In this document: positions 19,688-30,577 of the stretch, in pieces
Layout: the number at the start of each line of letters is the position of its first letter
Numbering within the stretch: the stretch's first letter is position 1
DNA from: an uncultured Muribaculaceae bacterium
GTDB taxonomy: Bacteria > Cyanobacteriota > Vampirovibrionia > Gastranaerophilales > Gastranaerophilaceae
DNA length: 64,000 nucleotides
Direction of reading: 5' to 3'
NCBI GenBank assembly: GCA_964550875.1
Contig: CAZKAS010000002.1
Span: 15,806 to 79,805 of the forward strand
Program-made: the position numbers and the translations under genes
Notes under the pieces: generated by a model
The model's input: the letters and a program-made list of their open reading frames with translations, nothing else
Databases searched by the model: none
Told to the model about the DNA's origin: nothing

Positions 19688-21046
19688 ATGGAAATTATTA
19701 ATACCGAGAGAAATGAAATGTCTGAAGATTTTAATAATGAATGCGAAAAAGAAAATATTAGCCAAGAAGAATACGGTAGAAGTTTTTCTAAATTTTTACA
19801 AGAAGACGAACATGAAAAGCAAAACCTTTTCAAACCAATAGCCGTAATAATTGCGATTATCGTTACTATTACAGTTGCATATTTTGGATATTCTTTTTGG
19901 GGTAAAAATAGTGAAAATGTTTTAGAATTTTTTAAAGAACATAAAATCTTTTCTAATGAAAATAAACCTAAATTCAGTGAAAAAATTTTTAACAGGCGAC
20001 AAAATATACTTGTATTAGGGGTTGATTCAAACGGTGAAGGTGCCGATCCTTTTGAAGGTACACGTTCTGATACAATTGTTATAGTAAGTGTTGATCCAAA
20101 AGCAAAAAGTGTTAATTTTATTTCAGTTCCTCGAGATAGTAAAGTTTATATTGCTCACAATAAGGGAGTTCAAAAAATTAATGCTGCACATGCATTAGGA
20201 GGAATTGAACTTACAAAAGATACAATTGAAGAAACTTTCGGCATTAAAATAAATAACTATATTGTGTTTAATACGGAAGGTGTTCGAGAGATAGTTGATG
20301 CTATTGGAGGACTTCCCGTCTATGTAGAAAAGGATATGAAATATCACGATTATACTGCAGGATTGCATATTGATTTGACAAAAGGAACACACATGCTGGA
20401 CGGAAAAACAGCAGAGGGTTTTTTGCGATTTAGGAAAGATGCATTGGGAGATATAGGAAGAACGGCAAGACAACAATGGTTTTTGAGGGCGTTGGCAGAT
20501 AGGTTGAAATCTCCGGAAGTTATTCCTAAAATACCGGCAGCATTAAAAGTTGTTGATAAATATGTAAAAAGCGATTTAAGTTTATATCAAATGTCACAGT
20601 ATGCTGCGTTTGCAACCTCTTTGGATATGTCTAAAATTGAAACGGCAACACTTCCCGGAGCACCTAATAAAAGAGGTTATATAAGTTATTGGATTTTGGA
20701 TCCTGAACAGTGCAGTGATGTTATAAACAGAATGGTTTACGGTAAAAAACATGTTATGCAAGAGGACGAGAAACTTCCTGTTGCAGGAATTATGTACACT
20801 TCCGATAATAGTGAAAAAGCGGAAAAAATAAAATCAGAACTTGAAAATGAAGGTTTTACGGTTAATATGTCACAATACAGACGTTTACCCCACCCTCAAA
20901 TTCAAGGTCATACAAATTCAATTACGAGAGATTTTTTGGATAGTATTAAAAAAACAGTTCCTGAAATTGAAGATTTCCAATTTGTTTTTGATCCGACAAA
21001 AATTTATTGTGTAAACAGTGATTTTACAATTATTTTATCTGAATAG
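19688..21046 (+). CDS. LytR-CpsA-Psr (LCP) family cell-wall polymer ligase
   Basis: 452 aa with an N-terminal TM. LCP core ILVLGVDS...TRSDTIVIVSVDPK...SVPRDS...INAAHALGG...NYIVFNTEGVREIVDAIGGL, plus a LytR_C-like C-terminal domain. Confidence 0.85.
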   Translation: MEIINTERNEMSEDFNNECEKENISQEEYGRSFSKFLQEDEHEKQNLFKPIAVIIAIIVTITVAYFGYSFWGKNSENVLEFFKEHKIFSNENKPKFSEKIFNRRQNILVLGVDSNGEGADPFEGTRSDTIVIVSVDPKAKSVNFISVPRDSKVYIAHNKGVQKINAAHALGGIELTKDTIEETFGIKINNYIVFNTEGVREIVDAIGGLPVYVEKDMKYHDYTAGLHIDLTKGTHMLDGKTAEGFLRFRKDALGDIGRTARQQWFLRALADRLKSPEVIPKIPAALKVVDKYVKSDLSLYQMSQYAAFATSLDMSKIETATLPGAPNKRGYISYWILDPEQCSDVINRMVYGKKHVMQEDEKLPVAGIMYTSDNSEKAEKIKSELENEGFTVNMSQYRRLPHPQIQGHTNSITRDFLDSIKKTVPEIEDFQFVFDPTKIYCVNSDFTIILSE

Positions 21047-21054
21047 GAGTAGAG

Positions 21055-21711
21055 ATGATTTTAAATGAAATAGCTCAAAGACAATCTGTCAGACAATATG
21101 AAAATAAAAAAATTCCAAATGATAAGATAAAAGAAATTTTGGAAGCAGGCAGGCTTGCTCCGTCTTGGATGAATGTACAGCCGTGGCATTTTATAGTAGT
21201 TGATGACGAAGAAACAAAAGTACTTCTTTCTGTATGCGCAAAATATCAGAAACAAATTAAAGAGGCTTCACATGTTATAGTTTTGTTAGGTGATTTTGCG
21301 GCTTGGAATAATAAAAATTTTGGTAAAATTTTAGCGGAAAAAGGTATGCCGGAAGATAGTGTTCAACACATTTTGAGTGATAAAGGGTACAATCCTGCTC
21401 AAAACACCAGTGCTATACTTATGTCCAGAACAATGGAACAATGTTCTTATGCGATGTCATTTATGAATTTACAGGCGCAATCTTTAGGAATTGATGGTTG
21501 TATTATAGGTGCATTTGCAAATGAATTAACAGGATTTAATCCTGATATTTATGAAAAGGTTAAAGAGGTATTAAATATTCCGGAAACAGCAATGATTGCA
21601 GGAATGTTAACTCTTGGCTACAGAAAAGAAGAAGTTAAAAACTTGCCAAAAAGAAGGAAACTTTTTGATAATATTGTTTCTTATAAAAAATACGGACAAA
21701 AATTTGAATAG
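21055..21711 (+). CDS. Nitroreductase-family oxidoreductase
   Basis: 218 aa with RQSVRQYENKKIPNDKIKEILEAGRLAPSWMNVQPWHFIVV. Confidence 0.85.
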   Translation: MILNEIAQRQSVRQYENKKIPNDKIKEILEAGRLAPSWMNVQPWHFIVVDDEETKVLLSVCAKYQKQIKEASHVIVLLGDFAAWNNKNFGKILAEKGMPEDSVQHILSDKGYNPAQNTSAILMSRTMEQCSYAMSFMNLQAQSLGIDGCIIGAFANELTGFNPDIYEKVKEVLNIPETAMIAGMLTLGYRKEEVKNLPKRRKLFDNIVSYKKYGQKFE

Positions 21712-21719
21712 AGGTAATT

Positions 21720-22508
21720 ATGGAATATCCTGCACTTGCGGAATTAATTAAAACGATTTCTATTTTGCGTTCAGAAAATGGTTGTTCTTGGGATAGAGAG
21801 CAAACGCATTCTTCACTGCGTCATAATATGGTAGAAGAAGCATATGAAGCTGTTGATGCCATTAATTCAGGTGATATGAATCATTTAAAAGAAGAACTTG
21901 GTGATGTTCTTTTGCAGGTTGTATTGCATTCTCAAATTGCTAAGGAAGAAGGTAATTTTGACATTGAAGATGTTGCAAAACGTCTTAATGATAAACTTAT
22001 TCACCGACACCCTCACGTTTTTGGTAATGTCAAGGTATCCGGTACTGATGAAATTTTAGAAAATTGGGACAAGTTGAAAGCAGAAGAAAAACCTCACAGA
22101 AAATCTTTAATGGACGGGATATCAAAATCTCAAGCAGCACTTATGTCTGCTCAAAAAATCAGTTGCAGAGCCGTAAAAGTAGGTTTTGAATGGCAAAGTG
22201 ACGAGCAATTAAAAGAATGTATAATGTCTGAATTTAAAGAATTTGACGAAGCAAAAACTTACGACGAAAAAGAAGAAGAATTTGGTGATATTTTGTTTGC
22301 TGTTGTCAACCTTGCCAGACGTAACCAAATTGATGCCGAACAGGCTCTCATTCGTTCCAATAAAAAGTTTATGAAGCGTTTTAGAAAAATGGAAGAACTT
22401 GCAGAAAAATCTCTGTCTGAATTATCTTTTGAAGAATGGGATTGTTTGTGGAAAAAGGCAAAAAAAATTGTTTCTGACGAAGTTGCAATTGATGTAAAGG
22501 CCGATTAG
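21720..22508 (+). CDS. mazG: Nucleoside triphosphate pyrophosphohydrolase MazG
   Basis: 262 aa. Contains GCSWDREQTHSSLRHNMVEEAYEAVDAI, EELGDVLLQVVLH and a second EEFGDILFAVVNLAR repeat. Confidence 0.9.
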   Translation: MEYPALAELIKTISILRSENGCSWDREQTHSSLRHNMVEEAYEAVDAINSGDMNHLKEELGDVLLQVVLHSQIAKEEGNFDIEDVAKRLNDKLIHRHPHVFGNVKVSGTDEILENWDKLKAEEKPHRKSLMDGISKSQAALMSAQKISCRAVKVGFEWQSDEQLKECIMSEFKEFDEAKTYDEKEEEFGDILFAVVNLARRNQIDAEQALIRSNKKFMKRFRKMEELAEKSLSELSFEEWDCLWKKAKKIVSDEVAIDVKAD

Positions 22509-22513
22509 AACAA

Positions 22514-23080
22514 ATGAAAAAATCTTTTTTGTTTGGTACGCTGATAACTTTTATTATCGTTTTTGTAACATCTTTTTTGATGTTTTCAAGTGATACAAGT
22601 TTTGGTTCTATTTATAAAATGAAATTGTTTTCATCTTCAATTACGAATAATCAAAAGTTATTACAAGAACAGGTTAAAGGTTCTTGCGGTGGGAAGAATG
22701 TTTCTCCTGACCTTAATTGGAGGGAAATTCCCGAAGGTACAAAAAGCTTTGCAATAATTGCTCAAGATATGGATACCAAAACAAGAGGCGGATTTTATCA
22801 TTGGATTTTGGTTGATATTCCTGCAAACAGAACATCAATAGCAAAAGGTGAAAATATTATTGGCTCAAGATTGTTGAAAAATGATTACGGCAACTATGGC
22901 TATACAGGACCTTGCCCTCAATACGGTCAACACAGATATAGTTTTACGGTCTATGCTCTTGATGTTGAAAAACTTGATGTTTCTGAAAATGATTTGCCTA
23001 AAGATATAGAATCAAAAGTTGCTTATCATACAATAGAAACGGCAAAATTAATCGCTAATTATAATAAATATGAATATTGA
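22514..23080 (+). CDS. YbhB/YbcL (PEBP/RKIP) family protein with signal peptide or anchor
   Basis: 188 aa with FYHWILVDIP and GPCPQYGQHRYSFTVYALD motifs. Confidence 0.85.
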   Translation: MKKSFLFGTLITFIIVFVTSFLMFSSDTSFGSIYKMKLFSSSITNNQKLLQEQVKGSCGGKNVSPDLNWREIPEGTKSFAIIAQDMDTKTRGGFYHWILVDIPANRTSIAKGENIIGSRLLKNDYGNYGYTGPCPQYGQHRYSFTVYALDVEKLDVSENDLPKDIESKVAYHTIETAKLIANYNKYEY

Positions 23081-24176
23081 TATTTTTAAAATAGAAGAAT
23101 TTATGAATAAATACGAAAGTCGTGCAAAATATGATATGACAACGACTTGTATTGATTCTTTTTCTTTGAAAAGTTTGTTTGATTTAACAAAAAATAATTT
23201 AGATGAAATTCTTGAAAAACCTCTTCATTACGGAGATATAACAGGGTCTTACAGGCTTAAAAAAAATGTTGCTGCTTTATATAAAAATAAAACAGAAAAT
23301 AATATCAGTGTAACATTGGGTGCAATTGGTGCAAATTCGTTGGTTTTTATGAGTTTTCTTGAAAGAGATGATGAAGTTGTTTCAATAATTCCTACATATC
23401 AACAACATTATTCTATTCCTAAACAACTTGGTGCAAAAGTTAAAATATTGAAACTTAAGCCTGAATTGAACTGGCATGTTGATATTGAAGAGTTAAAAAA
23501 GACTGTTTCCGAAAAAACTAAATTGATTACATTGAATAATCCCAATAATCCTACGGGTGCCGCTTTGACCGAAAATGAATTGAAAGAAATCGTTAAAATC
23601 GCAGCTGATGTCGGCGCTTATATCCTTTCTGATGAAGTTTACAGATTTTTAAATCACGATAAGCGCATTTCAAATATTTCTGTTTCTGATATTTATGACA
23701 AAGGTATTTCAACTTTTTCTATGTCGAAAACTTTTTCATTGGCAGGTATTCGAGTAGGTTTTGTTGTCGCTGATGATATAATTATCGAAAAAATAAATAG
23801 ACAAAGACAGTACAATACAATAAGTATAAGTGCTTTAGACGAGTATATTGCGTGTATTGCACTTGAAAATAAAGAAAAAATTTTAGATAGAAATTTAAAA
23901 ATAATACTCAAAGGAAAACAAATTTTGTCTGAATGGGGCAATAATGAACAAAAAATTACAATGACACCTCTTGAAGCAGGAACAACAGCATTTGTCGCTT
24001 ACGATGACAAAAGAAATTCTTACGACTTTGCCCTTGATTTATTTCACGAAACAGGAGTTCTTGTTCTTCCGGGAGATGCAATGGAAATTCCAAAACACTT
24101 GAGAATAGGTTATTGTGGAGAAGTAAATAATTTTAAACAAGGATTGACAGAATTTTCAAAATGGTTAAATATGTAA
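23070..24176 (+). CDS. Class I/II PLP-dependent aminotransferase
   Basis: 368 aa with NNPNNPTG and the PLP-lysine block FSMSKTFSLAGIRVGF. Confidence 0.8.
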   Translation: MNIDIFKIEEFMNKYESRAKYDMTTTCIDSFSLKSLFDLTKNNLDEILEKPLHYGDITGSYRLKKNVAALYKNKTENNISVTLGAIGANSLVFMSFLERDDEVVSIIPTYQQHYSIPKQLGAKVKILKLKPELNWHVDIEELKKTVSEKTKLITLNNPNNPTGAALTENELKEIVKIAADVGAYILSDEVYRFLNHDKRISNISVSDIYDKGISTFSMSKTFSLAGIRVGFVVADDIIIEKINRQRQYNTISISALDEYIACIALENKEKILDRNLKIILKGKQILSEWGNNEQKITMTPLEAGTTAFVAYDDKRNSYDFALDLFHETGVLVLPGDAMEIPKHLRIGYCGEVNNFKQGLTEFSKWLNM

Positions 24177-24210
24177 CCATTGTTAGCGTTTGATTATTAT
24201 TTTCTTATAT

Positions 24211-24246
24211 CTAAAACAAAAGAGCGGCATATAAAATGTCGCTCTT
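24211..24246 (-). terminator. Intrinsic terminator of clpC
   Basis: Stem aagagcg / cgctctt (24220-24226 with 24240-24246). On the minus strand it is followed by TTTTGTTTT. Confidence 0.55.
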
Positions 24247-24268
24247 ATTCTGTAGATTATACTTGAAT

Positions 24269-26800
24269 TTAAGCTTCTTTCTCTTCTTCTTTTTCCGTTT
24301 CTGTCAAAGAGGACTCTTTCTTTTCCTCTTCATCAACAGTATTGAATTTTATTTTCTTGTCCTCAAGAGAAAGAACGATTTTCTTGCCTGCTTTGAACTG
24401 ACCGCCCAAAATTTCTTCCGCTAAGCCATCTTCAACTTTCTTTTGGATAAGTCTTTTAAGTGGTCTTGCTCCGTACGCTTCAGAGTATCCGTCCTCTGCA
24501 AGATAATCTTTAACTTCATCAGAAACTTCAATTTTTAATTCTTGAGCTTCTAATCTCTTGAACAAGTCTTTAAATAACAAGTCAACAATTTGTCTGATTT
24601 CAGGTTTAGAAAGATGAGCAAATACAATTGTTTCATCAATTCTGTTAAGGAATTCCGGTTTGAATGCCTTTTTCATTTCTTCAGAAACGGTATCTTTCAA
24701 TCTGTCATATTTATCTTTAGATTCATCATCTCCAACTGAGAAGCCCAGCTTTGAACCTGTTGAAATCATACTTGCCCCAACATTTGATGTCATAATGATG
24801 ATTGTATTCTTAAAGTTAATATGTCTGCCTTTAGCATCAGTCAAACGTCCGTCATCAAGAATTTGTAACATTATGTTGAATACATCAGGGTGAGCTTTTT
24901 CTATTTCGTCAAAAAGTATTACGGAATAAGGCTTCTTTCTGATAGTTTCCGTTAAATGTCCGCCATCATCATATCCGACATATCCCGGAGGAGAACCGAT
25001 AAGCTTCGCTGTCGAATGTTTTTCCATAAATTCTGACATATCGACTCTTATCATGTTATCTTCAGAACCAAATACCGCTTCTGCAAGTGCTTTTGCAAGT
25101 TCTGTTTTACCAACACCGGTAGGGCCTGCAAAAATAAAACTTCCAATCGGTCTGTTAGGCGCTTTTAAACCTACTCTTGCACGTCTGATTGCTTTTGAAA
25201 TTGCAACAACCGCTTGGTCTTGTCCGATAACTCTATTATGTAATGTTTCTTCCAATTTGAGCAGTCGAGCACTTTCACCTTCCGTAATTTTCGTTGTCGG
25301 AATGCCCGTCATCGTGCTGACAACTTCAGCAACCTGTTCTGCAACGACGGTCGGTTTATTCGCTTCTGATTCCGCTTTCCACTTCTCTGTTACTTCATGA
25401 ACTTTTTCTTTTAACGCTGCAGCTTCATCTCGCAATTCTGACGCAACTTCAAATTCTTGATTTCTGATTGCTTCTTCTTTTTTCTTGACAACTTCTTTGA
25501 GTTGTTTGTCAAGTTCTTTTCCTTCAGGAGGAAGTGTACTTGATTTTATTCTGACTTTTGAACAAGCTTCATCAATGATATCAATTGCTTTATCAGGCAA
25601 ATACCTGTCAGTAATATACTTGTATGAAAGTTCTGTTGCCGCAACGATTGCCTCATCTGCAATGTTTAGTTTATGGTGTTCTTCGTACTTATGACGTAAT
25701 CCTTTGATGATTGCGATAGTATCATCTACAGACGGTTCTTCAATAACTATTGGTTGGAAACGTCTTTCAAGTGCAGGATCTTTCTCAACATACTTGCGAT
25801 ATTCATCATTTGTTGTTGCTCCGATAACTTGAATTTCTCCTCTTGAAAGAGCCGGTTTCAATATGTTAGCCGCATCAATTGCTCCTTCTGCCGCTCCTGC
25901 TCCTATCAAAGTATGCATTTCATCAATTACCAGAATTACATTACCTGATAATCTGATTTCGTCCATAATTTTCTTAAGACGTTCTTCAAATTCACCTCTG
26001 TACTTCGTCCCTGCAATTAAAAGACCCATATCAAGTTGTATAACTTTCTTCCCGTCAAGTAAATCAGGTACTTCCGAATTTACAATCCTGCTTGCCAAAC
26101 CTTCAGCAATCGCTGTCTTTCCAACTCCGGGTTCGCCAAGCAATACGGGATTGTTTTTTGTCCTTCTTGCAAGAATTTGAATTACTCGTTCTATTTCTTT
26201 TTCTCTGCCAACAACAGGGTCAAGCCTTTGCTCTGCCGCAGCAAGTGTCAAATCTGTTCCAAACTCATCAAGCATCGGAGTTTTTGTTTTTCCTCCGGGG
26301 GTTGCTGCTGATGAACGACTTCTTCCGCCTGCACCGGCTTCTGCTTCCGCAGTTCCGCCACCTTTGATTTCTCCGAGCATTTTTACAACATTTGTTCTTA
26401 CCTTATTTAAATCAACGCCCAAATTCTCTAATACTCGTGCCGCTACTCCATCTCCTTCTCTGATTAATCCGAGAAGTAAATGCTCTGTTCCAATGTAATT
26501 ATGTCCAAGTTGTCTTGCTTCGTCCCAAGATAGTTCTAAAACCCTCTTTGCTCGTGGAGTAAACGGTATTTCTACCGCCACAAAGCCTGCACCTCTGCCT
26601 ATAATCTCTTCAACTGCTGCTCGTGCATCTTTAAGGGTCACGCCCATTGATTTTAATGTCTTTGCCGCTACTCCTGTTCCTTCTCCTATTAATCCGAGTA
26701 AAACTTGTTCTGTTCCGACAAAATTATGCCCTAAGCGACGTGCTTCTTCTTGAGCAAGCATTATTACTTTTATTGCTTTTTCTGTAAATCGTTCAAACAT
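24269..26800 (-). CDS. clpC: ATP-dependent Clp protease ATP-binding subunit ClpC
   Basis: 843 aa. Duplicated Clp_N repeats, two AAA+ modules ([16 protein letters not shown]), a UVR-like linker and an acidic C-terminal tail. Confidence 0.95.
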   Translation of the reverse strand: MFERFTEKAIKVIMLAQEEARRLGHNFVGTEQVLLGLIGEGTGVAAKTLKSMGVTLKDARAAVEEIIGRGAGFVAVEIPFTPRAKRVLELSWDEARQLGHNYIGTEHLLLGLIREGDGVAARVLENLGVDLNKVRTNVVKMLGEIKGGGTAEAEAGAGGRSRSSAATPGGKTKTPMLDEFGTDLTLAAAEQRLDPVVGREKEIERVIQILARRTKNNPVLLGEPGVGKTAIAEGLASRIVNSEVPDLLDGKKVIQLDMGLLIAGTKYRGEFEERLKKIMDEIRLSGNVILVIDEMHTLIGAGAAEGAIDAANILKPALSRGEIQVIGATTNDEYRKYVEKDPALERRFQPIVIEEPSVDDTIAIIKGLRHKYEEHHKLNIADEAIVAATELSYKYITDRYLPDKAIDIIDEACSKVRIKSSTLPPEGKELDKQLKEVVKKKEEAIRNQEFEVASELRDEAAALKEKVHEVTEKWKAESEANKPTVVAEQVAEVVSTMTGIPTTKITEGESARLLKLEETLHNRVIGQDQAVVAISKAIRRARVGLKAPNRPIGSFIFAGPTGVGKTELAKALAEAVFGSEDNMIRVDMSEFMEKHSTAKLIGSPPGYVGYDDGGHLTETIRKKPYSVILFDEIEKAHPDVFNIMLQILDDGRLTDAKGRHINFKNTIIIMTSNVGASMISTGSKLGFSVGDDESKDKYDRLKDTVSEEMKKAFKPEFLNRIDETIVFAHLSKPEIRQIVDLLFKDLFKRLEAQELKIEVSDEVKDYLAEDGYSEAYGARPLKRLIQKKVEDGLAEEILGGQFKAGKKIVLSLEDKKIKFNTVDEEEKKESSLTETEKEEEKEA

Positions 26801-26876
26801 TATATATCTACCTGTAACATCATATTATAGTTACTATTTTACAACAAGACACGCATATTGCAAATAAAATTAATAT

Positions 26877-27551
26877 TTATTTTATATTTTCCAAAAGTTT
26901 TACTGCAGGATAATATGACGGGGAAACTTCAAGTGCATGCTCCAGTGCCTGTATTGCGGTTTGTTTCTCTCTTTTTGCTAATTTTACTTCTGCGTCTAAA
27001 AAATGCAATTCCGCATCTTCCCAGACAATATCCTTTCCCGCAGTTAAAAACTTTTCCGCATAATCATAATATCCGTGGTTATAAAGCACTCTTCCGGTAT
27101 ATTTATACACTTCAGGATTTGTTTCCGAAAAATATTGGATACTGTTTATTAAATTTTCCGCATAAGTATTCATTTTTAAACTAAGCAGTGTATCTAAGTC
27201 AGTTTCATAAAAATTTCTGATTTGAAAAAATGACGGTTCTTTTGTTCTTTTTCTTTCAATATATCCTGACAACGCTTTTGCCCAAATTATTAACGGCGAT
27301 GTATCCTTTAACGAAAACCATACCTTATCTGCCGTTTCTTTATCGTTTTGATACAGCCTGCAATAGCCATATTCCGTGAACATGTGCAACTTTTTAAACA
27401 AAACTTCCGCACGCTCATACTTCTTGTCAAAAAATAGTACTCTGGCAAGCGTCTTGAGCGAATTATCGTTGTATTGGAATTTACATACTTCTTCCGCCAA
27501 CGAATAATCTTTTTTATCAAAAATTATTTTGAATAATTCAAATCGATTCAT
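26877..27551 (-). CDS. TPR-like helical-repeat hypothetical protein
   Basis: 224 aa with a TPR-like periodicity of Y/F/A/L residues (e.g. AIQALEHALEVSPSYYPA). No specific family. Confidence 0.4.
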   Translation of the reverse strand: MNRFELFKIIFDKKDYSLAEEVCKFQYNDNSLKTLARVLFFDKKYERAEVLFKKLHMFTEYGYCRLYQNDKETADKVWFSLKDTSPLIIWAKALSGYIERKRTKEPSFFQIRNFYETDLDTLLSLKMNTYAENLINSIQYFSETNPEVYKYTGRVLYNHGYYDYAEKFLTAGKDIVWEDAELHFLDAEVKLAKREKQTAIQALEHALEVSPSYYPAVKLLENIK

Positions 27552-27572
27552 AATTAATAGTCTGTGTTTATT

Positions 27573-28700
27573 TTATCTTCTGTTATCGTTGCTGTCAAAT
27601 CCAAAATTATATCCGTCCATCATTTGACTCATCATCATTGTCTTTATCAGTTCGGGGTCAATTTTGTTTTGTGTCGTTGTTCCGTCAGAATTTTTTTGTT
27701 GTTGTTGCATTAATAACATCGGTAACATCATATCAAATGTATTTCCTCTGTTATTATTTGCGTTTCCGAACATCATTGCCATTTGTGCTGCATCATTATT
27801 CATTGCATAATATTCTGCCATTTGCTTATACGGATTAAAATTGTTATTTTTATTATTTGTACTGTTCGGTTCTGTTTTCTCTTGCTTTGCTGTGGCTACA
27901 GTCGTATTTGTTACATCTTTTGTCGGTGCTGAAAATGTATAGCCTGCTCTGCTCAAAGTTCTCACCGCATCTGCAATTTCTTTATCGCTCGGATTTGATT
28001 TTGATATTTTTAACAAATCTTTCGTTTCCGTTGATGCATCACTTTTGCTGTTTGGCTTTATACGTGTTTTTCTGTTAAGTTCTGTATTTACTCTGTCTTG
28101 TTCTTGTATTAATTTCGTTTCTTGTATTACTTTATTTGCATCGGGGTGAACATTGCTTGGGTATGTTCCCTTTATCAATTTCTCTATTTCTTCGTCAACA
28201 GATATAACTTCTTCTGCTTTGTTTTCGGGTTCTTGTTCCTTTTTAGCAAAAAACGCTCCCGGATCAACTATCATTTCTTCTATGTCTTCTTTTGAATATT
28301 TCTTGTATGTACAGGGAGAAATGTTACTATTCATACAGTTCGTTGCTTGAATTGCGTATGAGGACAATATCGGAACGCTATTTATTGAAACAACCTTCTC
28401 AAATGCATTTACTGCTTTTTCTTTCATTCCTACTTTCATATATGCAATTCCGCTGTAATAAAAAGCAAGTGCATTTGATGGATCATTTTCCGAATATTCT
28501 TCCAAATCTTGAATACAACCTACATAATCGTGACTTTTATATTTGTTAATCGCTACTCTTATTGCGTATGGGCAAAGTTCCGATGCTGTGACTTGAATAA
28601 AAAGTCCCGTTAATATTGCTCCTATTGTTAAAAATTTTTTATATTGTTTCATTTTTCTTCCCATAAGTCTGTTTAATGATTTTTGAAATAATTTCAACAT
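27573..28700 (-). CDS. Exported TPR protein with an N/Q/M-rich low-complexity C-terminal half
   Basis: The likely true start is the Met at 28652 (MKQYKKFLTIGAILTGLFIQVTA signal). TPR unit ALAFYYSGIAYMKVGMKEKAVNAFEKVV. The tail is rich in N, Q and M (MLPMLLMQQQQKN...MMMSQMMDGYNFGF). Confidence 0.55.
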   Translation of the reverse strand: MLKLFQKSLNRLMGRKMKQYKKFLTIGAILTGLFIQVTASELCPYAIRVAINKYKSHDYVGCIQDLEEYSENDPSNALAFYYSGIAYMKVGMKEKAVNAFEKVVSINSVPILSSYAIQATNCMNSNISPCTYKKYSKEDIEEMIVDPGAFFAKKEQEPENKAEEVISVDEEIEKLIKGTYPSNVHPDANKVIQETKLIQEQDRVNTELNRKTRIKPNSKSDASTETKDLLKISKSNPSDKEIADAVRTLSRAGYTFSAPTKDVTNTTVATAKQEKTEPNSTNNKNNNFNPYKQMAEYYAMNNDAAQMAMMFGNANNNRGNTFDMMLPMLLMQQQQKNSDGTTTQNKIDPELIKTMMMSQMMDGYNFGFDSNDNRR

Positions 28701-28905
28701 ACTCCTCTGTTATTATACAACACGAATTGAAAAATATTTCTACTCTACATGTATTAATTTTTTGTTTTTTTCTGTCCTTTTTTATAAAAATCCTTCCATA
28801 CTGTCTTTTTGGTTTTTGCAACTTTTTTGGAAGTTTTTTGATTTTTTAAAAAATGTTCATAATTAACAATTATTTTTAATTTCTACATTATTTTCATTTC
28901 CTGTT

Positions 28906-30438
28906 TTAAAAATTATAATATTTTCTATATATATTAAAATCAAGTTTTTCCAATTCTTCTTTTGAAAATTCAAAATTATGTTTATTTTTCAAAATGTCTG
29001 AAATTATTTTGTTGCAAGTTTCAAAGTCATTTTGAGGACTGCATAATGTTTTGTGAACATAATCGGTTTGTTGATGTTCTCTGTCGTAAAAATACAAATA
29101 ATAATTTAATGAATTTTCTTCAAAAAATATGCCGTCTTTTATATGATAATATGTTTTTTGAGGCTTTTCATAGAGAAGGAAAAATCTTTCGAGGATATAA
29201 GCTCTATAGCGACTTTTATATATTTCTTCGTGATAATAAGACAAATCCAGAGATTCTTTTTGTACATTCAGAAGAAGCGGGATAAAACATAAAAATATTA
29301 CGGTAATTTTTTTCTTTAAATTTTCAGAAACAGAAATTAAATATCCGGATAATGAAAAAATCAGATACAATAAATAAGCTTTAGTTAAAAATCTTATGCC
29401 GGGGTGCATAAAATAATATTCATAAGTTTCCGAACCGATAATTATTGCAAGAGAAAATGCAAATATGGAAATTAAGATTGAAAAGGTCCAGATAAAAATT
29501 TTTCGTTTTTCTGTTTTTGTTTTTGCAAAAATTTTCAACAAAATCAACATTATTGTTAAAACAAACAGATATATACAATTTTCCACGATAAGTGTTTGAA
29601 AATAAGACGGTAACATGTTTGGTAAGTCAGCAATCAGTGATTGAATGGATAAATGATTATTTCTTTCTCCAAACCAAGTTGTATAGTTTGGAGTAAAAAT
29701 CAAAGCAAAGTTAAAAAAAACAAATAATAAATATGATGTTAAAAATTTTTTAGCAAATTTATTTTCTTTAAAGTTTATTTTTTGAGGTATTAAAAACTTG
29801 TTAAAAAATAGTCCAAATAAGGGTGCAAGACACAGAATAAATCTTGGCATTTCATACGAAAAGAGAATAATAACGAGAAGACAAATTAATATTATCCAAG
29901 TCTTTTTTGTTGTATATTCAAACAAATTTTTCACATAGATTTTTTCTAATGTACCTGAAAAAATTATAAAGAACAAAGGTAAAAAAACGTAGCCAAGTGA
30001 GTAGGCATCATGTTGGAGCGCCCATAGAAAACCGCTGTTTCTTAATGCTTGTAAGATTATCGGAAAAATTGCAAGAGTCCACAGAACCCCATATTTTGGC
30101 GTAAAATACTTTACAAAATTATTTTTCATTGCAAGAAAAAATACAAGATAATAAGAAAATACAAGTAAAGAATAAAAATGTTTATAATACATTTGAGGGT
30201 GCATATCAAGCAGAACGGGCAAAAATCTGTTATTTAGACAAAAAATTGCTGAATAGAAAATCCAACCGTGTTCATTTTGGAGAAAGGGATTCCAAAAATT
30301 GTTGTCTAAATACCAATTCCAAGCCAAACTATCACCATAAAGAGTAAAATCTGTGTAGAAAGGGTGCATTACAAAATAAATAATCGTAAATATTCCTAAA
30401 TAACACAACAAATTAATGACTTTAGATTTCATTTTCAT
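28906..30438 (-). CDS. Polytopic membrane protein, possible glycan polymerase or transferase
   Basis: 510 aa with more than 10 predicted TM helices and an aromatic-rich soluble C-terminus. Divergent from the Stealth cluster. The function is inferred from context only. Confidence 0.4.
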   Translation of the reverse strand: MKMKSKVINLLCYLGIFTIIYFVMHPFYTDFTLYGDSLAWNWYLDNNFWNPFLQNEHGWIFYSAIFCLNNRFLPVLLDMHPQMYYKHFYSLLVFSYYLVFFLAMKNNFVKYFTPKYGVLWTLAIFPIILQALRNSGFLWALQHDAYSLGYVFLPLFFIIFSGTLEKIYVKNLFEYTTKKTWIILICLLVIILFSYEMPRFILCLAPLFGLFFNKFLIPQKINFKENKFAKKFLTSYLLFVFFNFALIFTPNYTTWFGERNNHLSIQSLIADLPNMLPSYFQTLIVENCIYLFVLTIMLILLKIFAKTKTEKRKIFIWTFSILISIFAFSLAIIIGSETYEYYFMHPGIRFLTKAYLLYLIFSLSGYLISVSENLKKKITVIFLCFIPLLLNVQKESLDLSYYHEEIYKSRYRAYILERFFLLYEKPQKTYYHIKDGIFFEENSLNYYLYFYDREHQQTDYVHKTLCSPQNDFETCNKIISDILKNKHNFEFSKEELEKLDFNIYRKYYNF

Positions 30439-30577
30439 AAGTAGATTTTACCATAATATTTTGAATACTGTCATCAAAGAATTTTGTATTGTTAAAAATA
30501 CGTTAAAAGATTGTTCTTTGTATTAATGTATGTTAAATTCTATTTAGTATTTAGCATATATTCAGGGCATTTTTCAG

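Noticed and set aside
24660-26367. Five plus-strand track ORFs (24660-24893, 25053-25400, 25485-25694, 25863-26180, 26092-26367)
   Set aside because: All lie antisense within the intact clpC gene. They translate to Ser/Leu/Phe-rich nonsense, as expected from the reverse strand of a GAA/AAA-rich gene.
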